IMG/VR virus record: IMGVR_UViG_3300037484_000445
Location: 131,863-195,862 of that record
Length of the DNA stretch: 64,000 bases
DNA from: a virus
Lineage: Duplodnaviria; Heunggongvirae; Uroviricota; Caudoviricetes
Strand: one strand, 5' to 3'
The notes under the pieces: generated by a model
What the model was told of the DNA's origin: nothing
The model's input: the letters and a program-made list of their open reading frames with translations, nothing else
The model's database searches: none
Shown here: positions 51,010-60,931 of the stretch, piece after piece
Layout: every line of letters begins with the position of its first letter
How positions within the stretch are numbered: position 1 is the first letter of the stretch
Program-made: the position numbers and the translations under genes

Positions 51010-53832
51010 ATGTTGTCCGCGGAAGACGAAGACCTTTTGGAAGACTCTCTAGACGGATTGGCGACCTCGACATCTAAGGTCCCGCCCAATCTATTGCCGG
51101 AAGAGGATGACGGCGACGACCTTGACACCATGGTCGTTAACAAGTCTGAGAGCCGGGGTTTAGCCAAACCTTGGATGAAGTTTCACAAGTTCACCTTGGT
51201 TAAGACCGTGGCCGAGGTGAGGGATATCGTAGACGCTGCTATCCGTCATGGCTCTTGTGGCCTAGATTTAGAGACCCAAGGCTTTGACAACAGAGTCAAT
51301 TACGACGAACAGGGAAAGCCCAGCACGGTTCATCAGATCGTAGGCTTCTGTGTCTCTGTGCGGGGACACGGCTACTACATCCCCGTTCGACACAACTACG
51401 ATGACTTTGCTGACAAGAACCCCAATGTCTTGCCTATACCTGATGTTGAGGCCGAGATAAGCCGTCTTTGTTGGGCATCCCAGCCAGTTCTAACAGAAGA
51501 GGGTTTGGCTACGGATCCTTTAGGTTCTTCGAAAATAGCTGTTCCACCCAAGGTAGTAATAGGCTTCTGGCTCGCCAAGTTTGATCAGGAGTTTCTGTAT
51601 CCCGTCACAGGGTTGGAGATTTGGCACCCCGAGTCCTTTCAATGTGGCCATTTGGCTGCCTTCAGTACGTATTCCGATGATGATGACCTCGGGCTAAAGG
51701 GTAAGGCTGAAAGCCGTTTGACCATCTATGATCCTGATGTTCTGGTTGAAGGTAAGCCAAGAGCGTGCCCTTACGAGATGGTTGAGTTCAAGGAGCTGTT
51801 TGAATCCAATTGCAAGGATCGCCGCTTCTACAACCTGTACCCAACCGACAACAACGAAGTCACGCTTTACGGGTGCTCGGATGCTATCTGCACTGAGCTA
51901 CTTTGTTTCCCAGGGACGGATTGGGAGCACACACGAGAAGGCTTGACGTATCAGTACAACAACGTCGTTGAGAAGGCTCTCACTTCGAACTTTCTATTCA
52001 CTTACCGACTCGAGAAGCAAACCGTAGCGGCTGTTCGAGACTTGGAGCGTCAACGGGCCAAGATTGACCATCCTAAGATCTCAGCTCTTAGAGAACGAGC
52101 CATAGCAGAACAGGCTAAGTATGATGCTTTGATCCGGAATTTGGCTGAAAAGAAGGGGTTCCAGAACTTCAATGCTGGAAGCCCTCAACAGCTATCCCAG
52201 TTCCTATTTGAGGAACAAGGCCTGAATATCTCACCTAAGCCCGAGAAGAACGAAGCCTCTAAATGCTACAAGACCGACGCCTCAACTCTAGAAAAACTGG
52301 CTGAAGAGGTTGATGCCCCTGTTCTCGATTGGATTGTGAAGTACCGACAGATCAGCAAGATCATGGGTACCTACCTCGATAGTATGTCGAAGAATTGCGA
52401 TAGCCTCGACCAATTGAGATTCAAATTCAACCAGACGGGAGCTGCGACAGCTCGCTTCACAGCTCCTTCAGGGGAGGCTGATCATGGTTATTCGGGCGTG
52501 CCTATTCAAGGGATCCCTGCGAGGGATGACCCTAAAAAGCCCGAGGTAGCTCACTCCTTGAGAAGTGCCTTCGTCGCCCGCGAAGGTTACACTCTGGTCA
52601 AGGTCGACTATGCAGGTCAAGAGCTACGGGTAGTTGCCAATATCTCGGGAGAAGAACTCTGGATCCACGAGTTCTTGCATGGGGATGGGGATCTTCACAC
52701 ACTCACGGCACAAGCCTTCTTCGGACCGCATATTACGAAGAAGGACAAGATGGAACGTACGGCGGGTAAGATCGCCAACTTCTCTCTGATTTACGGTGGT
52801 GGTACCGCGGCCATCATGCGAGCCACCAAGTGTGATAAGGTCGAGGCTGCCCGCAGAAAGGCCAACTTCGACAAGTCCGTTCCGACCTTTGCAAGTTGGG
52901 TTAAGGGCCAACATTTGAAGGTCAAGAAGCAGCTGGGGGTCTACAACGCCTTTGGTCGTTTCCTTGCCATTCCCGATGCCATGATAAAGGCCGGAGACTT
53001 AGACTCCAAGGGCAATCCATTGTCGGAGAAGGATGCCAACAAGATCCGGGCATCCTGTGAACGTAAGAGCACAAACTACCCGATTCAGGGCAGTGGTGCG
53101 GACATTCTCAAGATCAGCCTTGTGCGGTTGGTTAAAGAGTTTCATCGCCGAGGATGGCGTCGTCAAGGTGGTGACGACAGCGTTCGGATGATTATGACCG
53201 TTCACGATGAAATTGTGTTCGAGATCAAACATCATCGTTTGATTGATGCTGTGCCTGTGATCATCGAGGTCATGGAGTCGCCTTCTAGGTTGGCCAAGTG
53301 GCGAGTACCTTTGATCGTAGAACCTCTCTTAGCCTTGACATGGGAAGCCAAGTACGATTGGCATGAAATCATGAGCGGTAAGGAGCCCGTGCCCTCTTGG
53401 TTAGAGGGGATTTTGGTCCCAGGTGAGGCCAAGGCTTCTGTAGCGCCCCCGGTGGTAAACAAGCCCGTAGAACAGCCCTCTAAGCCGGCAACACCGGTCC
53501 AAACGATGCTGCCTCCAGCAGATGAGGGTGCGAGATCGATCCCAACGTTGCCTTCGGTTACGAATACTCCTGGGGCCAGGAAGGTGGTGACCTTTACGCT
53601 ATCCAACATGTATCTGACCGAGAGGTCTGTTAAACTCACGTTTGAGGCCATCTTCATGTCTCTAAGCACGGACTCAGGCGTCTATTTGAAGCTAGTGGAC
53701 GGGTCTGGTAATTTGCTCATCAACCCGGCACAAATGCCTAGATTCTGCGTAGACCCTGAGGAAATGCGTCTTCGAATGAGGGATCGTAACTTGGGTACAG
53801 GCGAGTATGAATTGAAAGAAGAGGCCTTGTGA
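51010..53832 (+). CDS. polA: Family A DNA polymerase with 3'-5' exonuclease domain
   Basis: DLET (ExoI), KFD, YGCSD, TARF, DYAGQELR (motif A), KIANFSLIYG (B), VHDE (C). Confidence 0.95.
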   Translation: MLSAEDEDLLEDSLDGLATSTSKVPPNLLPEEDDGDDLDTMVVNKSESRGLAKPWMKFHKFTLVKTVAEVRDIVDAAIRHGSCGLDLETQGFDNRVNYDEQGKPSTVHQIVGFCVSVRGHGYYIPVRHNYDDFADKNPNVLPIPDVEAEISRLCWASQPVLTEEGLATDPLGSSKIAVPPKVVIGFWLAKFDQEFLYPVTGLEIWHPESFQCGHLAAFSTYSDDDDLGLKGKAESRLTIYDPDVLVEGKPRACPYEMVEFKELFESNCKDRRFYNLYPTDNNEVTLYGCSDAICTELLCFPGTDWEHTREGLTYQYNNVVEKALTSNFLFTYRLEKQTVAAVRDLERQRAKIDHPKISALRERAIAEQAKYDALIRNLAEKKGFQNFNAGSPQQLSQFLFEEQGLNISPKPEKNEASKCYKTDASTLEKLAEEVDAPVLDWIVKYRQISKIMGTYLDSMSKNCDSLDQLRFKFNQTGAATARFTAPSGEADHGYSGVPIQGIPARDDPKKPEVAHSLRSAFVAREGYTLVKVDYAGQELRVVANISGEELWIHEFLHGDGDLHTLTAQAFFGPHITKKDKMERTAGKIANFSLIYGGGTAAIMRATKCDKVEAARRKANFDKSVPTFASWVKGQHLKVKKQLGVYNAFGRFLAIPDAMIKAGDLDSKGNPLSEKDANKIRASCERKSTNYPIQGSGADILKISLVRLVKEFHRRGWRRQGGDDSVRMIMTVHDEIVFEIKHHRLIDAVPVIIEVMESPSRLAKWRVPLIVEPLLALTWEAKYDWHEIMSGKEPVPSWLEGILVPGEAKASVAPPVVNKPVEQPSKPATPVQTMLPPADEGARSIPTLPSVTNTPGARKVVTFTLSNMYLTERSVKLTFEAIFMSLSTDSGVYLKLVDGSGNLLINPAQMPRFCVDPEEMRLRMRDRNLGTGEYELKEEAL

Positions 53833-53861
53833 GATCCCACATTTAAGCCCATAGTGTCTCG

Positions 53862-54434
53862 ATGGCCGAAGTCAAACCGGACTTTTTGACCGAATGCAAC
53901 AACCTCAAAGTCCCTTTTCAGGACTTTTTTGAGGCCTTTTGCTCTCGGTGCCTTCAGAAGGATTGCTCACGGAGTCAATCGGGTAAGAGTCGCTTTGAGG
54001 CTCGGGTGTCCACTTGGGAGCAACGCTTGTTCACCGCTGTCCCTCGTATGGACCCTTCAGATGAGCGTTTTTCTAAGATCAACACTCAACACTTCGTGGG
54101 CATTGATGTGGGTGGTCCAAATGCAACCACTTCTTGGGTGGATCCCCGAGCAATCGAGACGACAAAAACCATCTCTATACCGGCTCCACAGCCGTCGGTG
54201 GAATCCCGATCCCTTCCAGTTGTGGTCCCATCGACAAATTCACCTAAATTGGAGGAAAAACCAATTGTCCAGGCCAATGGGCTGGTAAATACACCGAATC
54301 GTCCGGGACAAATGGTGGGGGGAGCTGCTCAAAAACCTGCTGTTCCGGTGTCTGATCCTTGGCAGCCCACACAGCCTATCAAGCCTGGCGAGGTTGTTGT
54401 TAAGCCTGGTGCCAAAATTAAGCTGGGCCGTTGA
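53862..54434 (+). CDS. Hypothetical protein (Cys-rich N-terminus, Pro-rich tail)
   Basis: FCSRCLQKDC motif; 190-aa ORF. Confidence 0.7.
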   Translation: MAEVKPDFLTECNNLKVPFQDFFEAFCSRCLQKDCSRSQSGKSRFEARVSTWEQRLFTAVPRMDPSDERFSKINTQHFVGIDVGGPNATTSWVDPRAIETTKTISIPAPQPSVESRSLPVVVPSTNSPKLEEKPIVQANGLVNTPNRPGQMVGGAAQKPAVPVSDPWQPTQPIKPGEVVVKPGAKIKLGR

Positions 54435-54451
54435 GTCGATTAGGAGGTATT

Positions 54452-54613
54452 ATGGAGTTCTCTGTTTACTGTATGCCGGATAAGCGTGTCGTCGTTGTGA
54501 CCAAGCGTGAGGTAGGCGAGGATTGTTCCAAGATTCGCCAAACCTCAGGCAACCGCATCTTGACGGACGAAAAGACGGGTCCTGATAGCGACGACGTTCA
54601 CGAATCCACCTAG
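54452..54613 (+). CDS. DUF2997-like small protein
   Basis: AGGAGG SD; about 53 aa with 'G.DC' motif, adjacent to DUF1257-like and Ycf46-like genes. Confidence 0.6.
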   Translation: MEFSVYCMPDKRVVVVTKREVGEDCSKIRQTSGNRILTDEKTGPDSDDVHEST

Positions 54614-54642
54614 GGCGTAAGCCCCCTCAAAAAGGAAGTGTT

Positions 54643-54987
54643 ATGTCTCACCGGATCACCTATGAGTCCAAGATTGTTGACCGCGACCTAGCTGTTGCGG
54701 CTCTAAAGTCGTTGAATGTGGCCTATCAAGACCTCAACAACGGCATTCTGAAAATCACCAGTGGCCCCCTCAACAGGGCCACCATCAACCTCACCACGGG
54801 CAAGATCGAATCGGATTCGGATTGGAGCCACTCCGAGCACATCAATTTGCTCAGAATTGCCTACACTGAAGCCGACGCACGAAGGGATTACAACCGAACT
54901 GGTGTGTCCATCGTTAGTCGCCAAGTCGTGAAGTATCAGGGCGTGGAAGGTGTTGTGCTTCTGAATTGCCATCGCGCTGTAGGTTGA
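54643..54987 (+). CDS. DUF1257 (Ycf35-like) protein
   Basis: MSH......I.D..L...AL..L, DSDW, L..AY......G pattern. Confidence 0.75.
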   Translation: MSHRITYESKIVDRDLAVAALKSLNVAYQDLNNGILKITSGPLNRATINLTTGKIESDSDWSHSEHINLLRIAYTEADARRDYNRTGVSIVSRQVVKYQGVEGVVLLNCHRAVG

Positions 54988-55003
54988 ACAAGTATCGTTA
55001 GTT

Positions 55004-55040
55004 ACCAAAGGGTTCTATCGAACAGATAGGACCCTTTGGT
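55004..55040 (+). terminator. 16-bp hairpin (terminator or regulatory) overlapping a GGTGTA motif
   Basis: ACCAAAGGGTTCTATC / GATAGGACCCTTTGGT with one G-U pair. Confidence 0.6.
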
Positions 55041-55043
55041 GTA
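55038..55043 (+). promoter_or_regulatory. GGTGTA promoter motif
   Basis: 15 nt before ATG 55059. Confidence 0.6.
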
Positions 55044-55058
55044 TGTGTGGGTTAAGTC

Positions 55059-56612
55059 ATGCACCCAGACCTTAAGTTCTGCTTCCGCTCATTGAGCCGT
55101 TTCATCTACTATGTCACAGATGAAGAAGACCGGTTCATTCGAGAAATCCGAGAGATGCTCAAGGACTATGCCCCTCGGACTCACGTGTACAACGCTGCCT
55201 TTGGTTTGATGTCCATCGACGCTTTGATGGAGGATTGGCGAAGTCGTGTACACAAGGAATCCCCTTCACCTGGGATTCATGACGCTCTGATCAATATCTA
55301 CAAGGAAGACCCGCGCCGAGAGCAGAACTTCTACATCATCACAGATCCTGAGCAGTGGTTGACCGATGCCCATGTGGTCCGACGGATCCTAAACATCGTT
55401 CACCAGCAACAAGCGAACACCACCACAGTCAAGTTCTTAGTGTTTGTTGGTCCTCGATTGGTTCTTCCTCGGGCACTTCAACCTTACCTTGAAGTGATTC
55501 ATGACCAAGGGTTGTCCGAAGACGACATTCGAGAGATCGTCGAGCCCACGTGCAACCGTGTCAATGTCTCAATGTCGGCAAATCTTGTCAACTCTATGAA
55601 GGGTTTGACATCCTATGGCGTTGGGACGGCTCTCAACCAAAGCCTGATTTTGAGTAAGCGTGAGCACGGTGTTCATCGTGTCGATCCCAGACACTTCATG
55701 GACTACAAGCGGCGGCAATTACGTAAGACGGACCTTTTGAGCTATGTGGACGTTTCGGACTACACCTTCGAACAAGTCGGTGGGCTTCACCGGTTTAAGG
55801 CGTGGATCCAAAAGCACAAAGCCGCTTGGACCGAAGAAGGCCAGAAGTTTGGCCTTATACCACCTAAGGGTGTATTGCTCGTTGGGGTTTGGGGTTGCGG
55901 TAAGAGCCTATCCGTGAAGGCTTTGGGAAACGCTTGGCGCCTGCCCGTGATTCAGATGGACATGGGACGTCTTCGAACGAGTCTCGTGGGTGAATCAGAA
56001 GCGAATGTTCTCAGAGCCACGAGCATTATCGAATCCGTGGCCCCTTGCATTCTTTGGTTGGATGAAGCCGAGAAGGGCCTCTCTGGGGGTAAGTCTTCGA
56101 ATATGTCTGATTCCGGGACAACCGCTCGCATGATTGGGCACCTATCGACGTGGCTACAGGAAACCAAGGCCCCGATTTGCCTCGCTATGACGGCCAACTC
56201 CTTACATGACCTTCCGGTGGAGTTCATACGTCGTGTGAATGAGCGCTTCTTTTTCGACATGCCTACGGAAGACGAACGTGTGGACATCTTGAAAATTCAC
56301 CTCCGGAAGCAACGGCAGGACACGGATAGCTTGAATTTGGCTGAGTTGGCCGCTGATGCCAAGCAGATGGTCGGCAGTGAGATAGAACAAGCCATCCAAG
56401 CGGCCCTTGTTGAGTCCTTCGACGCCGGTTGCGAGAGCCTTAGCCCAGAAATTCTCTCCAACGAACTCCGGAAAAAGCCCAGAATCTTCAAAACGTTGTC
56501 AGAAGAGCTCAAGGAGATCTTGAATTGGGTGGGATGGGACCCAGAATGTCAAGACGGCGTTCGTGCCCGGTGGGCGTCGGAACCCTCCCCTGAATTCCTT
56601 GCGAGTCGATAA
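55059..56612 (+). CDS. Ycf46-like AAA+ ATPase
   Basis: TDEEDR N-terminus, VGGLHRFKAW, GVWGCGKS, VGESEAN, LWLDEAEKG, DSGT, TWLQE, TAN. Confidence 0.9.
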   Translation: MHPDLKFCFRSLSRFIYYVTDEEDRFIREIREMLKDYAPRTHVYNAAFGLMSIDALMEDWRSRVHKESPSPGIHDALINIYKEDPRREQNFYIITDPEQWLTDAHVVRRILNIVHQQQANTTTVKFLVFVGPRLVLPRALQPYLEVIHDQGLSEDDIREIVEPTCNRVNVSMSANLVNSMKGLTSYGVGTALNQSLILSKREHGVHRVDPRHFMDYKRRQLRKTDLLSYVDVSDYTFEQVGGLHRFKAWIQKHKAAWTEEGQKFGLIPPKGVLLVGVWGCGKSLSVKALGNAWRLPVIQMDMGRLRTSLVGESEANVLRATSIIESVAPCILWLDEAEKGLSGGKSSNMSDSGTTARMIGHLSTWLQETKAPICLAMTANSLHDLPVEFIRRVNERFFFDMPTEDERVDILKIHLRKQRQDTDSLNLAELAADAKQMVGSEIEQAIQAALVESFDAGCESLSPEILSNELRKKPRIFKTLSEELKEILNWVGWDPECQDGVRARWASEPSPEFLASR

Positions 56613-57763
56613 TGCCCAATAAGTCCCTTGCCGTTGCCACACCTACCGTACTAACCAAGGCACAGCCTAAGTGTTTGGATTTGCTGCGTGCCCGGGCATA
56701 TCTTCAACGAAGTGAGGGCCCAAAGGAGCTTTTCAAGCAAGCTCGTGAGGAGAACTGGTCGGCAGACACCTTAGCTTCCCGCTTGGGGCCGGTGGTCAGC
56801 GAAGTTGTACCGGAAGCGGTTTGCGAAGAAGTAGGCCGTTATTTGGCCGACGAGTACACTCAACTCGGGGACGGGATCTTCATCATTTCGACTGAGACCG
56901 GGAAGATCACAGGAATCATCCGGGAGGCGGATATCTACCTACCTAACCCGGTTCCTCGAGAGGGTAGCAACGCTCTAGCCCAACCAACTCCCAAGATACG
57001 TCCAGACATCGAAGCTGCTATCATCTTTCAGGGCTTCGAGAGCGAACGGGAAACTCGTATTCTGGCAACCTTGGCCGCCAAGGGACATCAGACGGACCTC
57101 TTGCGGGATATGGGGGATCCGCGGCTCTTGGTGGCCACTAGGAGTGGGCGAAGGGCCATTGTTGAATCCCTGGCAGTCTTCGACCCAAAGACTCTGTTGG
57201 AGGCTTGTGGTGGTACCTCAGCGGCCTTCCTTCAGTGTTTCACTATGGTGACTGAGACGCCGGACATATTGGGTCTTGAGTACATCAAGGAGAGTGTCCA
57301 GTCCAAATCCGTGATGGGCGTCCAAGACCCAACAACAACCAACTTGCACCACAACCGAGCGGGAACCCTTCGAGGAGCACTAGTCCAAGGTTGGGTACGG
57401 GAGATCGCCGGAGCTCTATCCCGTGCTGGGGAACGCTTTGCCAAAGCCTTGAACGTGGCTGAGCTTGGGAGAATCCCCGGTGTTTGGGTGGCATCCCCTC
57501 ATTTGGTACGACCTATGCGGGAGAATTACCCGAACCTAGCGGTATTACCGGTCTCATGTCCGACTTTTTGTGTTACAAAAAATGCCGGGTATCTTAGGGT
57601 ACCACCGGCTTTCGAGACTTTGAGCACTGAGATGTTCGATCGTTGGGAAGCCTCTGCCTACCTGGACTACGAACTTTGGTACGATCCGGCAGCGCTGCAG
57701 TACTTCAAACTCGAGGGGATCAATGAAACCCCGCAAGTTCTTTTGGTAGACTACCCTAGGTAG
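56612..57763 (+). CDS. Hypothetical protein; C-terminal half may be a degenerate HK97-fold capsid paralog
   Basis: TAATG-coupled to the AAA gene; see finding. Confidence 0.6.
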   Translation: MPNKSLAVATPTVLTKAQPKCLDLLRARAYLQRSEGPKELFKQAREENWSADTLASRLGPVVSEVVPEAVCEEVGRYLADEYTQLGDGIFIISTETGKITGIIREADIYLPNPVPREGSNALAQPTPKIRPDIEAAIIFQGFESERETRILATLAAKGHQTDLLRDMGDPRLLVATRSGRRAIVESLAVFDPKTLLEACGGTSAAFLQCFTMVTETPDILGLEYIKESVQSKSVMGVQDPTTTNLHHNRAGTLRGALVQGWVREIAGALSRAGERFAKALNVAELGRIPGVWVASPHLVRPMRENYPNLAVLPVSCPTFCVTKNAGYLRVPPAFETLSTEMFDRWEASAYLDYELWYDPAALQYFKLEGINETPQVLLVDYPR

Positions 57764-58014
57764 TGGCCTACTATTCCTTCGTTGTCACCGCCAAGCACCC
57801 TGTCGGCATTCCTCAGCCCCTAGTCCTTTTGGACACGGGTCATAACGTCTTCAATGCTGAGATTTCCGGCATTGAAGAGTTCAAGTCTCTCCTTGAGAAC
57901 GAGGACGTCGTCATCAAAGAGATGCATCGCTTGGACGCTCACGAAGCTGGGTCTTCTACAGATCTGCTTCTAGACGGTGCTATGGATCTCTTGTTAGGTG
58001 ACGTGTCGGTGTAG
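57763..58014 (+). CDS. Small acidic hypothetical protein
   Basis: GTG start overlapping the upstream TAG. Confidence 0.6.
   Translation: MAYYSFVVTAKHPVGIPQPLVLLDTGHNVFNAEISGIEEFKSLLENEDVVIKEMHRLDAHEAGSSTDLLLDGAMDLLLGDVSV
58008..58013 (+). promoter_or_regulatory. GGTGTA promoter motif
   Basis: 12 nt before ATG 58026. Confidence 0.6.
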
Positions 58015-58025
58015 TATCGAAGTGA

Positions 58026-58445
58026 ATGTCGGATCGAGTACCTGTACGCATAACCTTCGTTGAGGGTGGTTCTCTAACGTTTGTGGGGGAACCATTCGAG
58101 TCCGGGACAGCTGTTTTCACGGGTCAATTGTCTCTGGTCGAGCTTCCAGGCAAGCCTGACGGCCTGTATCCTTTGGTAGCACCTACCACTGTTCCGAATG
58201 AAGGGTTGCTAGAGATCCAGCTATTGCCTGCGGGTAACTCCCACGACAACCAGATCAAGGGGAATGCAAAGCTCAAGGTTCTAAACGACAGTGTCGTTGG
58301 TTGGGTGCCTTTGACTGACGTCTATCACGCCCGCCGCTTGGAATTCCTACCCGCTGAAATAACTGACACTTCGGCAGAGGGACCCCTTAAGGGACCTCCT
58401 GAAAAGACCGTATTGGATTGGGTACTAGGTGACGACCCTTTCTAG
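58026..58445 (+). CDS. Hypothetical protein
   Basis: 139-aa ORF with the upstream motif. Confidence 0.65.
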   Translation: MSDRVPVRITFVEGGSLTFVGEPFESGTAVFTGQLSLVELPGKPDGLYPLVAPTTVPNEGLLEIQLLPAGNSHDNQIKGNAKLKVLNDSVVGWVPLTDVYHARRLEFLPAEITDTSAEGPLKGPPEKTVLDWVLGDDPF

Positions 58446-58530
58446 CTGATACGGTGTGCCAAACAATGTCCTAACTCAATAGATTTCAAGGGGTTAGGAC
58501 GTCTCATCAGGGTAGCCGTCTCTGAGGGTT

Positions 58531-58536
58531 GGTGTA
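58531..58536 (+). promoter_or_regulatory. GGTGTA promoter motif
   Basis: 26 nt before ATG 58563; the spacer contains an AGGAG SD. Confidence 0.65.
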
Positions 58537-58562
58537 TATATAGGGCACCAGGAGTTGAACCA

Positions 58563-60920
58563 ATGAAATTAGCCAACAAGTATTTTCTACTAAGCCAAAC
58601 CGTAGCCAAGACTCAAGCAGTCGCAAAGCCTGTTGATGTTCCCACGAATCATGTTTGCGTGATCGACTGCAGCGGGTCAATGTCCTGGGATCTGCCGAAG
58701 ATTCGTGAGCACTTGAAGCGTCGTATCCGAACGCTATTTGGCCAGAAGGATACCCTCAGCATCATCTGGTTCTCCGGTCGTGGCCAGTTCGGAACTTTGC
58801 TCGAAGCCGAGCCCGTGGCAACCCTCACGGACCTCAAGGCAGTGGAGGCTTCTATCGATCGTTGGCTCAAGCCAATCGGCCTAACAGGTTTCAAGGAACC
58901 CCTCGAAGAAGCGGCCAAGTTGGTTCAACGCGTAGCCAAAAAAGATGGCGTCTACAGTCTCTTCTTTCTTTCCGATGGTTGCGATAACGCCTGGCAGCAC
59001 AGTGAGATCCTGCAAGCCATCGAAAAGGCGGCGGGGCTATTCAACAGCGCCACCATCGTGGAGTACGGATACTATGCGGACCGTCGTCTCCTCACGCAAA
59101 TGGCGGAGAAGTTCGGTGGCGTTCACGTATTTTCGGAGGATTTCCCTCGATTCGAACCGTCGTTCGACGCCGCTATGAAGCGTCAGACCTCGAATGCCCC
59201 AAAGGTCGAGGTTTTCGTGGGTGCTGTCATCAATGACTTCGCTTTCGCTCTCGTGGGCGACGATCTCTTGACCTTCTCTGTAGAGCAGGGTCGTGTCTTC
59301 GTTCCTGATACGGTGGATAAAGTTTGGTACGTGGCGACGTCGGGCAAAGAGGTCGCCAAAGATGAGGCCGCTCTTTATGCCGCTATGTCGCTCTTTGCCC
59401 AACGGGTCAATAGTGATGTCGTTTGGGAGACCCTCAAAGCTACAGGGGATGTACGCTTCATCAACCAGTTCTCGACTTGCTTCGGCAAGCAGAACTTCAG
59501 CACTTTCGTAGACGAGACGAAGGCTGCTGCTTTCAATACACAGCTTCGATTGGCCGACGGCCAAGACTTCAATCTCGTGCCGGCGGATGATGCCTTCACG
59601 ATCTTCGATCTCCTCGAGACTCTCCAGGCAAACCCCGAGAACTTGCTGCTCCTCCATAGTAAGGACTTCAAGTACACGAAGATCGGTCGCAGCGTTGTGG
59701 ATGCTGATGAGACCCTGACGAAGGAGGAGCAAGCCCAGGTCGAAGCTATCACGGCGAAGATGGCCAGCGTTAGTAGGGACGCCAAGAAGCTTGCTGCTCT
59801 TCAAGCGGAAATCACGGCGATTACGGCGAACAAGCCCAAAGCCCTAAAGTTCACGGAAGAAGCCAATCCCAAGGGAGTGCCTGTTCAAGCCCTCATCTTC
59901 AACAAGGAGCGGCCGAACATCTCCGTTCAGACTCAGCGTTTTGGCACGGTCAACCTTTCTGAGCGCCTACCCAAGGAAGCTCCTTGGATGAGTAAGGTTC
60001 CGGTGGACTTCCCGACCAGCATCTTCCGCAACTACACGATCGTCAAGGATGGGATCATCAACGTCAAACAGTTACCCTTACGTCTGACCGGCGCCACCGT
60101 TCGTAAGTTGGTCGAGCAAGGGATGCCCTTCAAGGCGATTCTCGGTTGTGATGGTGAGAGCGCCGAGGTTGCTCGCACTCGAGTCAAGAAGGCCGCCCAG
60201 GAGCGAGAGGTGCCGGTGCTCATTGACCTGACCCTCATCCCGGTTCTCAACCGCAAGATGGTTTCGGCCGTCTCGGCTCGTGAAGCCTTTGAATCCGAAG
60301 TTGCCCTTCTTGAACTACAAGCAGCCAAGAAGGTATTCGATAACGCCTTCAAGGAACGCTTCCCGTACGTTTCCGAAGGTTTCGTGCAGCGATATGGGGA
60401 TGAAGCCACCAAATGGTTGGATGAGGTAGGTTTGACGGACAAGGGGTTCAATCCTCGGGTCCTGCAGGCTGAAGCCACTGACTTCTACATGGCCAAGGAG
60501 TTAGCTATCACCGTCAAGGGCTACAGCAAGCTGCCTTCAGTCAATGAAGTCCGCGGCAAGATGTCTCCTCCGGCGCCGGGTAAGAAGGCAGCCAAGCCCC
60601 TATCAGGTCCGACGGCGCTCATGGCCAAGTACCTCACCGAACTCGACGGCTATCTAACTGGGGACGAGTACACCAGGACGGCCTCGGACAAGGACAAAGA
60701 TGCCAAGCTCAAGGCGTGGCTCGAAGCCAAGACGCGTCTATCCATCGAACAAGTTCGTGACTTTCAGCGTCAGAAGGCCATGAGGCTGTTCTCGATCATT
60801 GTAGGGCAGACCTGGTTCAAGGAGTTCCCCACTCTCGACGACAACACGCTAAAGGTTACAGTGAATGGCGCGGACTACGATTGCACTGCTGAGTTGTCCG
60901 AGAAAAAGACGCTGATCTAG
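58563..60920 (+). CDS. VWA (von Willebrand A) domain protein
   Basis: VIDCSGSM MIDAS motif, GLTGF, FFLSDG. Confidence 0.85.
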   Translation: MKLANKYFLLSQTVAKTQAVAKPVDVPTNHVCVIDCSGSMSWDLPKIREHLKRRIRTLFGQKDTLSIIWFSGRGQFGTLLEAEPVATLTDLKAVEASIDRWLKPIGLTGFKEPLEEAAKLVQRVAKKDGVYSLFFLSDGCDNAWQHSEILQAIEKAAGLFNSATIVEYGYYADRRLLTQMAEKFGGVHVFSEDFPRFEPSFDAAMKRQTSNAPKVEVFVGAVINDFAFALVGDDLLTFSVEQGRVFVPDTVDKVWYVATSGKEVAKDEAALYAAMSLFAQRVNSDVVWETLKATGDVRFINQFSTCFGKQNFSTFVDETKAAAFNTQLRLADGQDFNLVPADDAFTIFDLLETLQANPENLLLLHSKDFKYTKIGRSVVDADETLTKEEQAQVEAITAKMASVSRDAKKLAALQAEITAITANKPKALKFTEEANPKGVPVQALIFNKERPNISVQTQRFGTVNLSERLPKEAPWMSKVPVDFPTSIFRNYTIVKDGIINVKQLPLRLTGATVRKLVEQGMPFKAILGCDGESAEVARTRVKKAAQEREVPVLIDLTLIPVLNRKMVSAVSAREAFESEVALLELQAAKKVFDNAFKERFPYVSEGFVQRYGDEATKWLDEVGLTDKGFNPRVLQAEATDFYMAKELAITVKGYSKLPSVNEVRGKMSPPAPGKKAAKPLSGPTALMAKYLTELDGYLTGDEYTRTASDKDKDAKLKAWLEAKTRLSIEQVRDFQRQKAMRLFSIIVGQTWFKEFPTLDDNTLKVTVNGADYDCTAELSEKKTLI

Positions 60921-60931
60921 GCCTGTTTCTC

